A stretch of DNA of 63,954 nucleotides, the filler included, from Perkinsus olseni (Eukaryota): NCBI GenBank assembly GCA_013115125.1. It is 4 parts of 4 records of this genome, joined end to end, with 100 filler letters (N's around TTAATTAATTAA, not from the genome) between each part and the next. Parts side by side here need not be neighbours in the genome. Positions count along the whole stretch, not along the records: positions 51,051 to 63,954 come from JABANN010000775.1; 3 more parts are not named here. One strand, 5' to 3'. Under the pieces are notes generated by a model. It had not been told where the DNA came from. It made no database searches and saw only the letters and a program-made list of their open reading frames with translations. Positions 63,535-63,954 of the stretch are shown here, in pieces. Numbering within the stretch: position 1 is the stretch's first letter; every line of letters starts with the position of its first letter. Position numbers and translations under genes: made by a program.

Positions 63535-63933
63535 ATGATGGCTTTGGTAACCATACGAACAACGGCCACGACAGCGGTGGTTTGGTACCCCCAATCTCGA
63601 GGGAGTATTTCCACAATAATTCTGGTAACACTGTGGGCGCTGCTAGACTATGTCGATTTCAAGAGTTTTGTTCGACTGACTCTTCCTCGAGGTTCTAATT
63701 ATTTCCGCGTGTTGCCGGTGAATCCGTCGGAAGGCCCTAAGGGAGTGCAGGAAGTTGTCAAGAAGCTCGTAGACATGAAGTCATTCGAAGTTTATCAAGT
63801 CGAGATAGATCACCAGCATTTCCTGCCAGGATCGCGTCACTGCGCCACGAAATCCCAACCAACTCCGAGGAGTTTACGACTGGAGTGGTATGCCACCAGC
63901 ACGCGCATGTCTAGCGCACGCCATAGCTCTTAG
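63535..63933 (+). CDS. Hypothetical protein
   Basis: 132-aa ORF only; no motif recognised. Confidence 0.2.
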   Translation: MMALVTIRTTATTAVVWYPQSRGSISTIILVTLWALLDYVDFKSFVRLTLPRGSNYFRVLPVNPSEGPKGVQEVVKKLVDMKSFEVYQVEIDHQHFLPGSRHCATKSQPTPRSLRLEWYATSTRMSSARHSS

Positions 63934-63954
63934 CGCACGTCCGAGATTGTCTAC

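Noticed and set aside
1-63954. Spliced-leader RNA gene or SL relics, tRNA, rRNA
   Set aside because: No match to the CCGTAGCCAT..TGGCTCAAG leader or to tRNA/rRNA noticed by eye; a computational scan is needed to exclude them.

Overview
Intron-rich eukaryotic DNA of about 50% GC with mostly 45-55 nt GT-AG introns. The gene families and style point to the alveolate parasite Perkinsus (inference). The window is not one locus. Three identical 100-nt spacers (N44-TTAATTAATTAA-N44) join four contigs; the first is >=16923 bp and the next two are 16915 and 16912 bp, so they look size-sorted and unrelated. Recognisable genes: a CCDC66/CSPP1-like coiled-coil gene with a nested antisense LEA_2-like gene and a paralog downstream, EI24, a multidomain Josephin deubiquitinase, ETF-beta, a CDP-alcohol phosphotransferase fused to a cytidylyltransferase, two tandem MBOAT acyltransferases, two Thr-rich surface proteins, dynactin p62, a nucleotide-sugar transporter, an aspartic protease half, a receiver + pseudo-cyclase protein, a membrane TIR-like protein and TBC1D19. 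Highlights: (1) a selenoprotein W gene (CGGU, in-frame TGA) with a clear 3' SECIS that the ORF track misses; (2) many perfect, often overlapping palindromes with a single-nucleotide centre, seen in long introns and intergenic DNA; (3) a two-component receiver coupled to an apparently dead class III cyclase; (4) a fusion of two Kennedy-pathway enzymes with a degenerate transferase motif. Exon boundaries were read by eye and family calls come from remembered motifs, not database searches.
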